A stretch of DNA of 64,000 bases from an uncultured Poribacteria bacterium (GTDB lineage Bacteria > Poribacteria > WGA-4E > WGA-3G). Location of the stretch: positions 3,296,001 through 3,360,000 of the forward strand of contig OX638351.1 of assembly GCA_951813565.1 (NCBI GenBank), in the 5' to 3' direction. Below the pieces are notes generated by a model. That model did no database searches. It was not told the DNA's origin and saw only the letters and a list, made by a program, of their open reading frames with translations. Made by a program: the position numbers and the translations under genes. Shown here piece by piece: positions 30,565 through 41,554 of the stretch (its first letter is position 1; each line of letters begins with the position of its first letter).

Positions 30565-32435
30565 TCACTTAGATTCCGAAGAAGTCTTCTTGATTTCTCC
30601 CCATTGCGTTTGCATCTTACTTTTTGGGAAACCGATAACGCATTGCCACTAATCCAATCGACCTCATAATCATTACCAGGGTGATCCGTTAATTGGGTTG
30701 TTTTCTTTGTTGCAACCTACATTCCACAGTTGTTAAATCAGATTTTAAGTATTTATGTTATACCCTACATTCCGCAGTTGTTAAATCAGATTTTAAGTAT
30801 TTATGTTATACTGTTGTATCTTGAATAATAGGAGATGATACCATAACTGAACCTACTTTTACAACCCTACGCTTAGATCATCTTGGCATTGTTGCTGGTG
30901 TATGTGATCGTATTGACTTGATTGACACGATTGATACCTTTATTGGTCTAACGAAACGGAAAGTCTCAGTGGGTGAAGCTGTGATGGCAATGGTCTTGAA
31001 TGCTTTAGGCTTTGTCTCACGCCCTCTCTACTTGACACCTGAGTTTTTTTCTAATAAACCCGTGGACTTGTTGGTCCGGTCTCACCGCTGTGCTGCCGAT
31101 TTTTCGGACGATAGTCTTGGGCGTGCTTTAGATACTCTTTATGAAAACGGAGTTACCGAACTTTTTGCGATAGTTGCGTCCAAGGCATTATCAACATTTG
31201 ACATAGCCCATCGTTTTGTCCATCTGGATAGTAGCACGTTTAGTTTGCATGGAGACTATGATACCGAAACGGACGATGAACACGCCATTCACATCACCTA
31301 CGGATATAGTCGGGATCAGCGTCCGGACCTCAAACAGGTGGTTGTCCAACTCATTTGTTCTTATCGGTCTCAGTTCCCGGTATAGTTCAAAGCACTTGGC
31401 GGTGTTCCTCAAAGGTGGTTAGTTGTTTATTCCGATGCAGCGTCCCATCGTGAAGTGGCGACTTTGGAAAAAAAGATTGCCAAAGCACAGGGGGTTGCCG
31501 AGACATCCTTCAAGCGATTGCAGCATAAAACGTTTGACACCTATTCAGCTGCTGAAGCCGCTGTGGCAGATATATCCAAATCTTGGAAGTATCATCAACC
31601 TTGTGCCCCCATCATCTCTGTTCCACATTATACAACTCCGGGACGACCTAACAAAACGGATAAACCGACACACTTCCGTTATCGGATTGAGGGTAAAGTC
31701 GTTGCGAATGTGGAAGCAATTGAAAAACTCAAGCGCAGCAAAGGCAGATTTGTGCTCGCCACGAATGAGTTAGACACAACTTTACTTGACGATGCCACTT
31801 TACTTGATGTGTATAAAGCACAGAACATCTCTGTAGAACGCAGTTTTCGCTTTTTGAAAGACCCTTTATTCTTTGCCGCCAGTCTATATCTAAAAAACAA
31901 CCAACGCATCATGGCATTGCTGATGGTGATGGGACTTTCGCTGCTTGTTTATGCGCTTGCGGAACGATGGGTTCAAACCGAGTTGGTCAAACAAGAACAA
32001 ACGATACCCAACCAAGTTGGTAAGTCAACGCAGAACCCAACACGCCGACGCATCTTTCAAATGTTTGAGGGTATTGATGTCCTATTGATAGAACAAAACG
32101 GTCATATACAACGCACTATCGTGAACATAACAGTGATAAAGTCTCAAATTATCAACATATTAGGTATAGAAGTCAAAAAAGTTTATTTTCCAGATCCGTA
32201 ACTGCGGAATGTAGGATGTATACTCAGATTCTGTATACAGAATCTGCGTTCCATCTGGCGACCACCGCGGATAATTAGACGTTAGTTTATCAGTCAGTAG
32301 CGTTACATTGCTGCCATCGTCGTTCATGACGTAGATTCCAGAAATACCATCGCGTTTAGAACTAAAAACGACTTTAGTATCCGCTACTGTTGAAAGCAAG
32401 ACAATGAGGCAGAAAATCATTAATAATATACGCAT
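30565..32435 (-). pseudogene. TolB-like secreted protein gene disrupted by IS1634 (5' part 32216-32435, 3' part 30565-30715)
   Basis: N-terminal signal peptide, FSSKRDG and PRWSPDG; C-terminal TQLTDHPGNDYEVDWISG and, after a frameshift, KSKMQTQWGEIKK. Confidence 0.65.
30716..32215 (+). mobile_element. IS1634-family element, defective
   Basis: 16-bp TIR CCTACATTCCGCAGTT / AACTGCGGAATGTAGG; LDHLGIVAG, HLDSS, YGYSRDQRPDLKQ, VERSFRFLK; in-frame TAG at 31383, internal deletion, ATA at the expected start. Confidence 0.88.
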
Positions 32436-32539
32436 TACGGACCTCCATTGAAATTGTAGGTTTTACCATAACCTTTTGGATTTAGATTTCCATGACTTCG
32501 TGCCGACTAACGCCCGCTAATTGCTGATTTGCCAAAACC

Positions 32540-32908
32540 TTATGAGATAGGATTCAAATTCTCTGGTTCGTTAGTCTCTGGATCAGTAACAGTGATATTG
32601 GTGACTACGTTCCGCTGTTCCGGATGCCGAACCGGAAAATCTTTGATTACTTCATTGATCAGTTCTTTTATTATCGTTTTAACTTGATCAAATGGGATAC
32701 ATTCTAAAATGATAATGGCGCGATGTTTGGAAGGTGCAATGTTGTATGTCAACCCGTACTGTATACCTAACTGCAGCAGTTCCGGTTCGACGTTGATAGA
32801 GATCTGCCTGCGTTCCTGTTCTGTAATAAAATAGCTATCAACGATGAAGTGTGTGTGAATCCACGCTTCTTTTTCTTCTATAATCTTCATGTTTTTGCAC
32901 TGTAGCAT
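32540..32908 (-). CDS. Hypothetical protein
   Basis: 122-aa ORF with normal composition. Confidence 0.55.
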   Translation of the reverse strand: MLQCKNMKIIEEKEAWIHTHFIVDSYFITEQERRQISINVEPELLQLGIQYGLTYNIAPSKHRAIIILECIPFDQVKTIIKELINEVIKDFPVRHPEQRNVVTNITVTDPETNEPENLNPIS

Positions 32909-32957
32909 GAAAAACGGTAAGTGTCAACGTTGCCGGAGGGTTATTATAACAAAAGGT

Positions 32958-33872
32958 CTATTTCTTTATTTTTGGACGCGGGCGGACGACCCGAAATCCA
33001 ATCGTATGTGTTGAATCGAGAGGATAGAATTTGAACCGTAAACTTGAACGGAGAAACGCACTGCCGACATCCCATGCGCCACCGCGAATGACTCGTGCAC
33101 GTAACACATCGCGGAAACGGAGGTTAATCGGATTTCGTTTAACATTCTTGCTGTTTTGTTGGTAAAAAGATGGGTTATATTCATCAAGACACCACTCCCA
33201 GACATTTCCAGCAAGATCGGCAATACCATTGGGAGAAGTGCCATTTGGGAATTGTCCGATAGGTGTTGGTCGATTGTAACGGCGTGCAAAATTTGCATGG
33301 TGTCGTGCTTTAGGTGGATCGTTCCCCCACGGATATGTTCGTCCTTCCGTGCCACGCGCCGCGCGTTCCCACTGTGCCTCAGTCGGCAAACTTCCACCGA
33401 TCCATTCTGCAAACGCTTGTGCGTCAAACCATGTAACACCGACAACGGGTTGCGTATCGGTGTTGAAGTTTCCATCTTTCCATATCTCTTCACCTTGATG
33501 TCCGCGAGGTGAAGGGCGTCCAGTCGCTTCAATGAAGGCGCGGTATTGTGCATTTGTAATTTCGTATCGTGAGATTTGGTAGGCAGAGAGATAGACGGTG
33601 TGTTGTGGGACTTCAGCGTCAAAGGTATGTTTTTCGAGCAGGGAACTTCGTAACTTAGCGTCTGTATAGGCGGTTTCTGCTTCCTCTGGTGTAGAACCCA
33701 TTATGAATTTGCCCTCTGGAATAGCAACCCATTCTATAGTTGTGAGTGTCTTTTCAGCGGCAGAACTTAATTCGGCAGTAATAACACCCTCCCAAGCAGA
33801 AAGAAGAAATATCAGAATCGTAATACAGACGCATCGCATAACCAGAAAAGTCCTTTTAGCATATTTTACCAT
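32958..33872 (-). CDS. FGE-sulfatase (SUMF1-like) domain protein
   Basis: FIMGS, LPTEAQWERAARG, DLAGNVWEW, RVIRGGAW, IGFRVV. Confidence 0.9.
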   Translation of the reverse strand: MVKYAKRTFLVMRCVCITILIFLLSAWEGVITAELSSAAEKTLTTIEWVAIPEGKFIMGSTPEEAETAYTDAKLRSSLLEKHTFDAEVPQHTVYLSAYQISRYEITNAQYRAFIEATGRPSPRGHQGEEIWKDGNFNTDTQPVVGVTWFDAQAFAEWIGGSLPTEAQWERAARGTEGRTYPWGNDPPKARHHANFARRYNRPTPIGQFPNGTSPNGIADLAGNVWEWCLDEYNPSFYQQNSKNVKRNPINLRFRDVLRARVIRGGAWDVGSAFLRSSLRFKFYPLDSTHTIGFRVVRPRPKIKK

Positions 33873-33906
33873 GCCAGCAAGAATATGTCAATTTTTACAG
33901 ATTGGC

Positions 33907-35366
33907 GGGGGTGTGTAAAGTTTTTGGCATGAATATCACGCTGCTTTTGTGTTTGTATACCAATAATTATTCCATGCTTCATTTTTCAACAAACACCTCC
34001 ACTTCAGCACAGCATTGATACCCGGTTTCTCCCATCTCATAGCAGCTTGTTTGCATCTTTGTCCGACAACATGTTTACACGCACTTTCAATCACACCACT
34101 GCCAATCTGATACCCTTTTTCTCTAAACGCTTTATACTGCATTCGCTTCGCGTGTTTTTCGAAATACCGCGCTTCTCTTTCTAAAATATCCGATACTTCC
34201 GGGGTCTGTGTATCTAAGCCACGAATGCGTGCGGCTACTTCTGTAATGTTGCCATCATAAAGGATAGGTTCTGTCGTTTTTACCCAGTCTTGTATCGCCT
34301 CTGTTTCAGTCTCTCCGAACGCAACTTTAGCAACATCATATAGATGAGACTTCGCATGCATATAATCCACAATCTCTACAGCATTGGGGAAGTATTCATC
34401 CGCTAAGTTCCATATCCACGCTGCACCATCACCAAGAAACACAATCTCTTGCGTATCTATCGCTTCTTGGTAGATGCCACTATGGTTGCTAACGCATATA
34501 ACTCCTTACCAAAATGTGCTGCATCATTACGCGTTGCGACATAACGGATACTTGTCTCTCTCGCACTTGACACCGCATCAGAACCACATTGTGGATAATC
34601 TCTGTAAACACAACCAACTTTTGTCTCTTTCCACCCATCAGGGGAGTTGGTATGACACCCATCACAACTCACATGCCATCGCTCATTTTCTGCGAGTTTT
34701 TGAGGTGCCACTTGTTCACAGACGCTCAAATCTTCTGACCATTCACTCACTTTGTGTTGGAGCGTCGTGTGGCTGACTTCTATACCTTGATGCGACAACT
34801 CCGATGCCGCTTCTCTATAGTCAAGAAGGGCAGACAGACGACACATCGTTTCAGCAACACGACGCGTGTATTGACCCAATAACTTCTGTTTGACCTCCCA
34901 CGGCGCGTGACGATGTCCTTGTTCACAACAATACACCCAACGATTTACGCTTGTTTTTCCACAAAGTGTTGTGAAATAACGCGCACGCATACGCAATGGA
35001 CGACAAAGTTCTTGACACGCTGGACATTCAACTGGTTCACGCTCTTTCTTATTTGACTTTTTAGAAACACACATTTCTAAAAACTTTTGTTTAAAAGAAC
35101 AAAATGCTTCGGAAACACGGACTTCAACATCACCTAAAGATAAACCCTCGTCAGAATTGATGTCTACATAAAGATCGTTGATCTCTTTTACAAACTCGTT
35201 AAAATCTGCTTTGTAATCGTTGCCTTCACAAGGACTTAATGATATACTTGGCATTGGTATCCTCTCCTATAATAGTGTGATAATTATTAGGGTAGGATAC
35301 CAGTTATATACATTTTCTACAAGAACTCCATTCATTTCAATTTCATGCCAAAAACTTTACACACCC
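33907..35366 (-). mobile_element. ISKra4-like (IS256/Mutator superfamily) element, transposase frameshifted near 34482
   Basis: TIR GGGTGTGTAAAGTTTTTGGCATGAA / TTCATGCCAAAAACTTTACACACCC; AGATTGGC duplication; CDG, GDGAAWIW, DYMHA, IGSGVIESACK. Confidence 0.88.
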
Positions 35367-35471
35367 AGATTGGCTAATGAGAAGCGCGATTTTGGCTTGA
35401 TGCTTATAACAAATTCTGTTATATTAAAAGACAAGCAATTTGTCGGATTAAGGAAACCTACACGCAACGTA

Positions 35472-36455
35472 ATGCACAAGATTAACTCTAACAAACTGGT
35501 TGTCGGTTCTTTGGTTGCCGAGCCCGGTACACGGGTAGAAGGGCGTTTGTCCGTCGGCAATATGGCGGATGGAACACCGATTCGTGTGCCTGTTGTCCTT
35601 ATCAATGGAAAACAACCCGGAAAAACCCTCTATCTCCAAGCGATTAGCGATGGAAATGAACTGAACGGTATCGCTGTTATCCATGAAATCTTAGGTAAAA
35701 TTGATCCTACAGAATTAAGTGGTAGACTCATCGTAGTACCTGTTGTCAATGTTCACGCTTTTCATGCGAAGCAAGCGTACAGTCCAGTTGATAACGTCAA
35801 GATGAACCGCTGTTTTCCCGGACGATCCGATGGCACATCAAGTGAACGTATAGCGTATCAGCTGTTTGGAAAAGCCATCCGAAACGCTGACTATTGCATC
35901 GACCTGCATCAGGGAGGTGTCCAACCGATGATTGATGAGGTGCGTGTGCGTGTTGGTAAGAAGCATCAATGCCACAGTGCTTGCCTTACATTAGCGCGTG
36001 TCTTCGGTATCGGTTATATTCTTGACCAAAAGGGGCCGAAGGGACAACTGGCACAAGCTGCGCCGGATATTGGAATACCGACAATTGACCCAGAACTCGG
36101 TGGAACACACGGATGGGACACCACCAGTATCAATAAAGGTGTGCAAGGTGTCTTAAACGTACTCAAACATTATCAATTTATCAACGGAACGTCTGAAATT
36201 CCTGATCAACAAATCGTTGTCAATAAGTTTGTGTCTATCCTCAGCAATAAAGGTGGATTTGTCTACTATAAGGCAAATTTATATGATCGGCTTGAGGTGC
36301 GGCAGCCGATAGCTGAAATCTGTGATGTATTCGGAAATGTATCCGAAGTTATTCGTGCCCCTGATGAGGGTATATTCTGGTCCCACCCGGTTTATCCAAT
36401 GGTTGCGAGCGGAGGCATTATCGGTAAAATAGGCACACCAATTAGTTATCTCTGA
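35472..36455 (+). CDS. Succinylglutamate desuccinylase/aspartoacylase (M14-like) family
   Basis: DGNELNG, MNRCFPG, IDLHQG, PELGG. Confidence 0.85.
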   Translation: MHKINSNKLVVGSLVAEPGTRVEGRLSVGNMADGTPIRVPVVLINGKQPGKTLYLQAISDGNELNGIAVIHEILGKIDPTELSGRLIVVPVVNVHAFHAKQAYSPVDNVKMNRCFPGRSDGTSSERIAYQLFGKAIRNADYCIDLHQGGVQPMIDEVRVRVGKKHQCHSACLTLARVFGIGYILDQKGPKGQLAQAAPDIGIPTIDPELGGTHGWDTTSINKGVQGVLNVLKHYQFINGTSEIPDQQIVVNKFVSILSNKGGFVYYKANLYDRLEVRQPIAEICDVFGNVSEVIRAPDEGIFWSHPVYPMVASGGIIGKIGTPISYL

Positions 36456-36586
36456 AATGGCTATCAGCTGTTAATTTTCGGCAGTCGGTTAAAGAGATTC
36501 TTTCAGAAAGTTGATTTAATTGGGTTTACAAAACCCTCTTATGAAAAGAGGAATCAGGCTTACAAAGCCCTCCTATAAGAGAGCGT

Positions 36587-37888
36587 ATGCATAAAAAAAA
36601 TCGAGAAAACTTCATAGAGCAGATGGATTCTGGTAGCGTAGCAATTTTTGTCAATGCCCCTGCTGCAATGCGGAACCACGATACAGAACACATTTATAAT
36701 CCCGATCCGAATTTTTACTATCTCACAGGTTTTGAAGAACCCGATTCAATTTGTGTGATTGCACCTGACCATCCGAAACATCAATATATCCTGTTTGTGC
36801 TTCCTAAAGATGAAAAAGCCGAAATCTGGAACGGAAAACGGGCTGGTGTCAAAGATGCCTGCACACACTACGGAGCAGACAAAGCGTTCCCGATAGGCAA
36901 ATTTGAGGAAAAGATAGGCAGATACTTAGAAGGGGCTGAACGACTCTATTACACACTCGGATCTGACTCACACATTGATGCAAAAATCCTTGACCGTTTC
37001 AAAAGAGGTGTTAGATCACGCATTGGCACTGGAAAAGGAATTCATACACTTATTGATCCAAGTCCGATTCTCAGTGAAATGCGATTAATCAAAAACGAAG
37101 CGGAACTGAATCGTATAAGGCAGGCAGCAGATATTACGGTTGATGGTCATATCGCTGCTATGGTCGCAGCGCGTCCAGGAATGTACGAATACGAATTGGA
37201 GGCGATTGTAGACGCAACTTTCCGTAGCAGCGGGGCAAACAGCACCGCATTCCCAACTATTGTTGCAAGCGGTGGAAACGCAACAACACTCCATTACACA
37301 ACCAACGACTGTCGAATCGAGGATAATACACTCGTCCTCATTGATGCGGGGGCAGAATATAAACGCTACTGCGGTGACGTTACCCGAACCTTCCCCGCTA
37401 ACGGCACATTTACCGATGCGCAAAAAGAGATATATCAACTTGTTCTTGATGCGCAATATGAGATTATTAACACTATTCGTCCGGGTGTTTCTATTGACGA
37501 ACCGCACCAAAAATCCATTGAGTTGTTGACAGAAGGCATGCTCAGTCTCGGCCTTCTAAAGGGAAAAACGAAGAAATTGATAAAAAAGGAGAAATATAGA
37601 CAATTTTATATGTATCGTGTTGGTCACATGATTGGACTGGATGTTCACGATGTTAATTGTGTGCGCGACGCAGCGGGTGAGTTCAAAACGTTTGAACCGG
37701 GGATGGTTATCACAATTGAACCTGGACTCTACGTTGCGGAAGGTACAAAGAAGGTTCCTACTGATTACCTCGGCATCGGTGTGCGTATTGAGGACGATAT
37801 TCTCGTAACGGAGTCCGGTTGTGAAGTGTTAACAGATGCTGTGCCGAAAGAGATTAATGCAATTGAGGAGCTCATGGAACAGAGGTAG
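36587..37888 (+). CDS. pepP: Xaa-Pro aminopeptidase (M24B)
   Basis: FYYLTGFEEP, LIDAGAE, DVTRTFP, GLDVHD, TIEPGLY, GVRIEDD. Confidence 0.93.
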   Translation: MHKKNRENFIEQMDSGSVAIFVNAPAAMRNHDTEHIYNPDPNFYYLTGFEEPDSICVIAPDHPKHQYILFVLPKDEKAEIWNGKRAGVKDACTHYGADKAFPIGKFEEKIGRYLEGAERLYYTLGSDSHIDAKILDRFKRGVRSRIGTGKGIHTLIDPSPILSEMRLIKNEAELNRIRQAADITVDGHIAAMVAARPGMYEYELEAIVDATFRSSGANSTAFPTIVASGGNATTLHYTTNDCRIEDNTLVLIDAGAEYKRYCGDVTRTFPANGTFTDAQKEIYQLVLDAQYEIINTIRPGVSIDEPHQKSIELLTEGMLSLGLLKGKTKKLIKKEKYRQFYMYRVGHMIGLDVHDVNCVRDAAGEFKTFEPGMVITIEPGLYVAEGTKKVPTDYLGIGVRIEDDILVTESGCEVLTDAVPKEINAIEELMEQR

Positions 37889-37897
37889 GTAGCCTTC

Positions 37898-38209
37898 GTG
37901 TCGTCTACTGAGAGGTTTATCATGATTGAAGCAGTAAAAAAATTGGTCGCTGAAGAAAAGGACGAAATCCGCCAGCAGTTCAAAGCCGAAATTAAAGCTA
38001 TCTTCGGTTCGTACGCACGGGGAGATAACCATGTGGATAGTGATCTGGATATTCTGGTGGATTTGGATGATGGAGCAGATATCTTTGACCTTGTCGGTCT
38101 TCAGCAATTTTTAGAGGATAAACTCGGGTGCGGTGTGGATGTCGTGCCACGTGATTCACTCCGAGAGGAACTTCGTGCTTCTGTATTCAGTGAAGCCATA
38201 TACCTATGA
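37898..38209 (+). CDS. Minimal nucleotidyltransferase (MNT) antitoxin
   Basis: IFGSYARGD...SDLDILVD. Confidence 0.9.
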   Translation: MSSTERFIMIEAVKKLVAEEKDEIRQQFKAEIKAIFGSYARGDNHVDSDLDILVDLDDGADIFDLVGLQQFLEDKLGCGVDVVPRDSLREELRASVFSEAIYL

Positions 38210-38550
38210 GAAATTACAGACTTTATCTCAAAGACATACTTGAAGCAATGACTTCTATCCAATCATTTATTGAAGGCATGGATTTTGATGCGTTTATCGC
38301 AGATGACAAAACAGTTTCTGCTGTTGTTATGAAACTTCAAATTATCGGAGAAGCGACTAAAAATGTTCCAGAAACGATTCGCGAAAAGTACGAACATGTG
38401 CCTTGGTGGTTGATGGCAGGAATGCGTGACCGACTCGTCCATGGATACTTTGAGGTTAACTATTCTGTAGTTTGGGATACCATCAAGAACCGGATACCAC
38501 CGCTACAACCTATCGTCGCGCAAATTCTTGAAGATATGGAAATGGAGTAA
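38206..38550 (+). CDS. HEPN (DUF86) RNase toxin
   Basis: YLKDILEA, IIGEA, MRDRLVHGY (RX4H); 4-nt overlap with the MNT gene. Confidence 0.9.
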   Translation: MRNYRLYLKDILEAMTSIQSFIEGMDFDAFIADDKTVSAVVMKLQIIGEATKNVPETIREKYEHVPWWLMAGMRDRLVHGYFEVNYSVVWDTIKNRIPPLQPIVAQILEDMEME

Positions 38551-38635
38551 ATCAAAATCGCAACTCCTTGCAAACGTTGTTCTTGAAACATTTATTGTAC
38601 ACAAATACATATAGTAAAGTAATGGAGCATACCTA

Positions 38636-41443
38636 ATGGAATACAAAGCACGTATTGAAGTTGCTACGCCACCAGGTAGTCCAAATAAAGAAAAAGGTGA
38701 TTTACTTGAGAATTTGGCAGAAGACTTGTTAAGAATACAGAACTACATAGTTGCCAAACAGATTCGATTAATTGCTACTGAGCTTGACCTTTTGTGTGAA
38801 CACCAAGTAAATCGAAGAACCGTTTATGTAGAGTGCAAAGCATATAGGGATCCTATCAGTGCAGATGTTCTTACCAAACTATTAGGTACAGTGCACTCGC
38901 AAGGACACCAAGAAGGTTGGCTTATATCTACTGGACCTCTGAGCAAAGACGCAAAAGGTTTTCAACATGAATGGGAGAAAAAACCACAGGAAGAATCGCA
39001 AAAATTAAGTATTTACACACCTGAAAGGGTTATTGGAGCTCTCATATCATCTGGAATGGTTAAACGACTACCCTATGACTTGGCCGTCAAAACGATAGGA
39101 AATGAAGATCTAATCGGGGATCCGACATTATTAATTACTGAATATGGTGTGTTTTGGACGATAGTTTGCTTGGAAGGAGGTGTTCCTGTTGGTGTTTTGG
39201 TATATTCTACTAAAACAGGTGTCTTAATCAAGGATCAAGAATTGCTCCGAAAACTCTCACAAACTGACACAAGTCAAAATGGGCTTGATTTTGAGTATGT
39301 CTATAACTCATCTAAATCGAGTTCAGAACCTAATCAAAATTGTGTTGTCGAAGTTGAGCATGGAGAAACTTGGACAGATTACAGGCCTGCCCGACCTCAG
39401 GATTTTGTTGGTCGTCAGGATGTACAAGAACAGATTCTCCGTTTTCTTGAAGAAGTTAGGGTAGGCAATTCAATTACTCGTGTGTTCGCGGTAAAAGGCG
39501 ACTCAGGGATGGGCAAAAGTTCATTGATTGCAAAACTCAGAGATCATGTACGTAATAGACATTATAAAAGGAAATTCTTTATTTATGCTGTTGATATTAG
39601 AGCTGCCGCTGGAGCTAACTATATATTATGGTCAGTCCTTGAATGCTTGCGGAAAGCAGCAGAATTAGGATTTGGAGGGGAAAATTTAAATAATTTAAAA
39701 ATCACAAATTCCGCGAATCCATTTGAGAGTCCCTCAATACAGGAATTCTTAACTCAACTTGAACACAGGAAGCAAGTAATTTGTCTTGTATTTGACCAGT
39801 TTGAAGAATTATACTCAAAACCTGAGTTGTTTGCTGTTTTTGAGGCAACACAAAGTCTTTTACTCTCAGCTGTTGCAGCGCAGTCAAACCTTGTTTTAGG
39901 TTTTGCTTGGAAAACTGACAGTACCGTACATCAAGATCATCCAGCATATTATATGTGGCATAGTTTAGCGGACCATCGCATGGAGGTAGAACTCGGACGG
40001 TTTACGAGTTCAGAAGCCTCAAAAGCTATCAGAATTTTTCAAACAGAACTTGGTCAAGAATTAAAGTCTGATTTACGGAGACAACTTGTTGAGAATAGTC
40101 AAGGGTATCCATGGTTATTAAAAAAATTGTGTATCCATGTATATGATGCGGTAATGTCTGGAAATAGTCAATCTGATCTTGTCAATAAAGCCTTGGATGT
40201 AAAATCGTTATTTGACAAAGATCTTCAACAGCTTACCCCTTCTGAAAATACTTGTCTTAAGATGATTGCTGAAAGTGCCCCAACTGATTGGTATGAAATT
40301 CTTGAGGTATCTGATAAAGAAGTAGTCCGCGCTCTTCAAAACAAACGATTAATTATTCGGAGCGGTGATCGTTTAAATCTTTATTGGGATATATTTCGTG
40401 AATATGTTCAAACTCAGACTGTACCATCAATTCCATTCAATTATCTACCTTCTTCTCCTTCAATTAGTGCCTTGTTAAAAGTAGTAAAGCAACTTCACTC
40501 AGAAAAAAGTCAAAACTATGCAAGACTTAGTGAACTTTGCGGTTTTGTTGAAAAAACAATAGTGAATGTGATTCGCGACCTAAAAATGTTTGACATAGCT
40601 ACTGTAGATCAATCAGAAGTCAGACTCGCACCATCTATGGAAGTTTTTGATGAGGAAAAGATTTTGCAGAGGCTTAGACATGTCCTCAGGAATCATGCAT
40701 TGACTTTGCGATTGTCAAAACGTGATCCTGGAAAAATTATTACAACGCAAAATATAATTCAATTGCTTAAACAGATTAATCCAACCGCTAGACATAAGGA
40801 GAAGACCTGGAAAGTATATGCAGAAAGGATGGAGTATTGGTTGTCTGTAACAGGATACCTTGTTCAAAGAGAAAACGATTGGAAATTTGAAGATCAAGGA
40901 AAAGTAAATCTTGAATATATTGCCAAAACCCGCAAAGGTCGCAAAATTGGTGGATCTATCATTTTTTTAGGCGACACCTCTCCCGTAAAAACCATTGAAG
41001 CCCTTGAATACCTTAGAAATAACCAACCGCTTTCAAGTCAAGAAATGGAAAGAAAAGGCTTTCGTAATGCCTTGGCAGTATTACGCCGAATGGACGCGGT
41101 TAAAAATGAACTTGGTAGATACTTTGTTTCTGAATCGACTCAACTTAATTCGAAGTCCTCATTAGAAACTGTATGGGATGCAGCTTGCAGTGAAAAAACT
41201 ATACAATCAGTAATTGATTATTTGGAAAACCATCCTGCTGTTGATGGAAGAGCCGTCGGAGAGTATATTAATAAAGAGTACAAGCGTGATTGGTCAGCTG
41301 CTTCGAAACTAAGGATAGGTAATAGTCTTCGTCAATGGGCAAGATGGGTGCTTATTGGAAATCAAGAGAAACGAATTCCTAAACCACCCGGGCGCACTGA
41401 AGTTGAATCAGAAGATCAAATGCTGCTATTTGAAGATGGTTAA
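38636..41443 (+). CDS. Mrr-like restriction endonuclease fused to STAND-type P-loop NTPase
   Basis: KGDLLE...ELDL...VECKAY; Walker A GDSGMGKS; Walker B LVFDQFEE; GYPW. Confidence 0.8.
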   Translation: MEYKARIEVATPPGSPNKEKGDLLENLAEDLLRIQNYIVAKQIRLIATELDLLCEHQVNRRTVYVECKAYRDPISADVLTKLLGTVHSQGHQEGWLISTGPLSKDAKGFQHEWEKKPQEESQKLSIYTPERVIGALISSGMVKRLPYDLAVKTIGNEDLIGDPTLLITEYGVFWTIVCLEGGVPVGVLVYSTKTGVLIKDQELLRKLSQTDTSQNGLDFEYVYNSSKSSSEPNQNCVVEVEHGETWTDYRPARPQDFVGRQDVQEQILRFLEEVRVGNSITRVFAVKGDSGMGKSSLIAKLRDHVRNRHYKRKFFIYAVDIRAAAGANYILWSVLECLRKAAELGFGGENLNNLKITNSANPFESPSIQEFLTQLEHRKQVICLVFDQFEELYSKPELFAVFEATQSLLLSAVAAQSNLVLGFAWKTDSTVHQDHPAYYMWHSLADHRMEVELGRFTSSEASKAIRIFQTELGQELKSDLRRQLVENSQGYPWLLKKLCIHVYDAVMSGNSQSDLVNKALDVKSLFDKDLQQLTPSENTCLKMIAESAPTDWYEILEVSDKEVVRALQNKRLIIRSGDRLNLYWDIFREYVQTQTVPSIPFNYLPSSPSISALLKVVKQLHSEKSQNYARLSELCGFVEKTIVNVIRDLKMFDIATVDQSEVRLAPSMEVFDEEKILQRLRHVLRNHALTLRLSKRDPGKIITTQNIIQLLKQINPTARHKEKTWKVYAERMEYWLSVTGYLVQRENDWKFEDQGKVNLEYIAKTRKGRKIGGSIIFLGDTSPVKTIEALEYLRNNQPLSSQEMERKGFRNALAVLRRMDAVKNELGRYFVSESTQLNSKSSLETVWDAACSEKTIQSVIDYLENHPAVDGRAVGEYINKEYKRDWSAASKLRIGNSLRQWARWVLIGNQEKRIPKPPGRTEVESEDQMLLFEDG

Positions 41444-41554
41444 ACCTAAACGAGAAGGGCAATGGCTATTGCGACTATAAACAGAGTTTGCCTTGCCAAT
41501 TAAACTTGAAAAACCGCAAAAACCATGTCATAATTCTGTTAACAGAGAAGAGAG

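Noticed and set aside
31383..31385. In-frame TAG in the IS1634 transposase as possible pyrrolysine
   Set aside because: Most simply TGG to TAG in an element that also has an internal deletion and a damaged start
35220..35471. N-terminal extensions in the ORF track (35220, 59320, 46583, 52590, 30508)
   Set aside because: They run through IS ends or upstream genes; downstream starts fit RBS position and domain boundaries better
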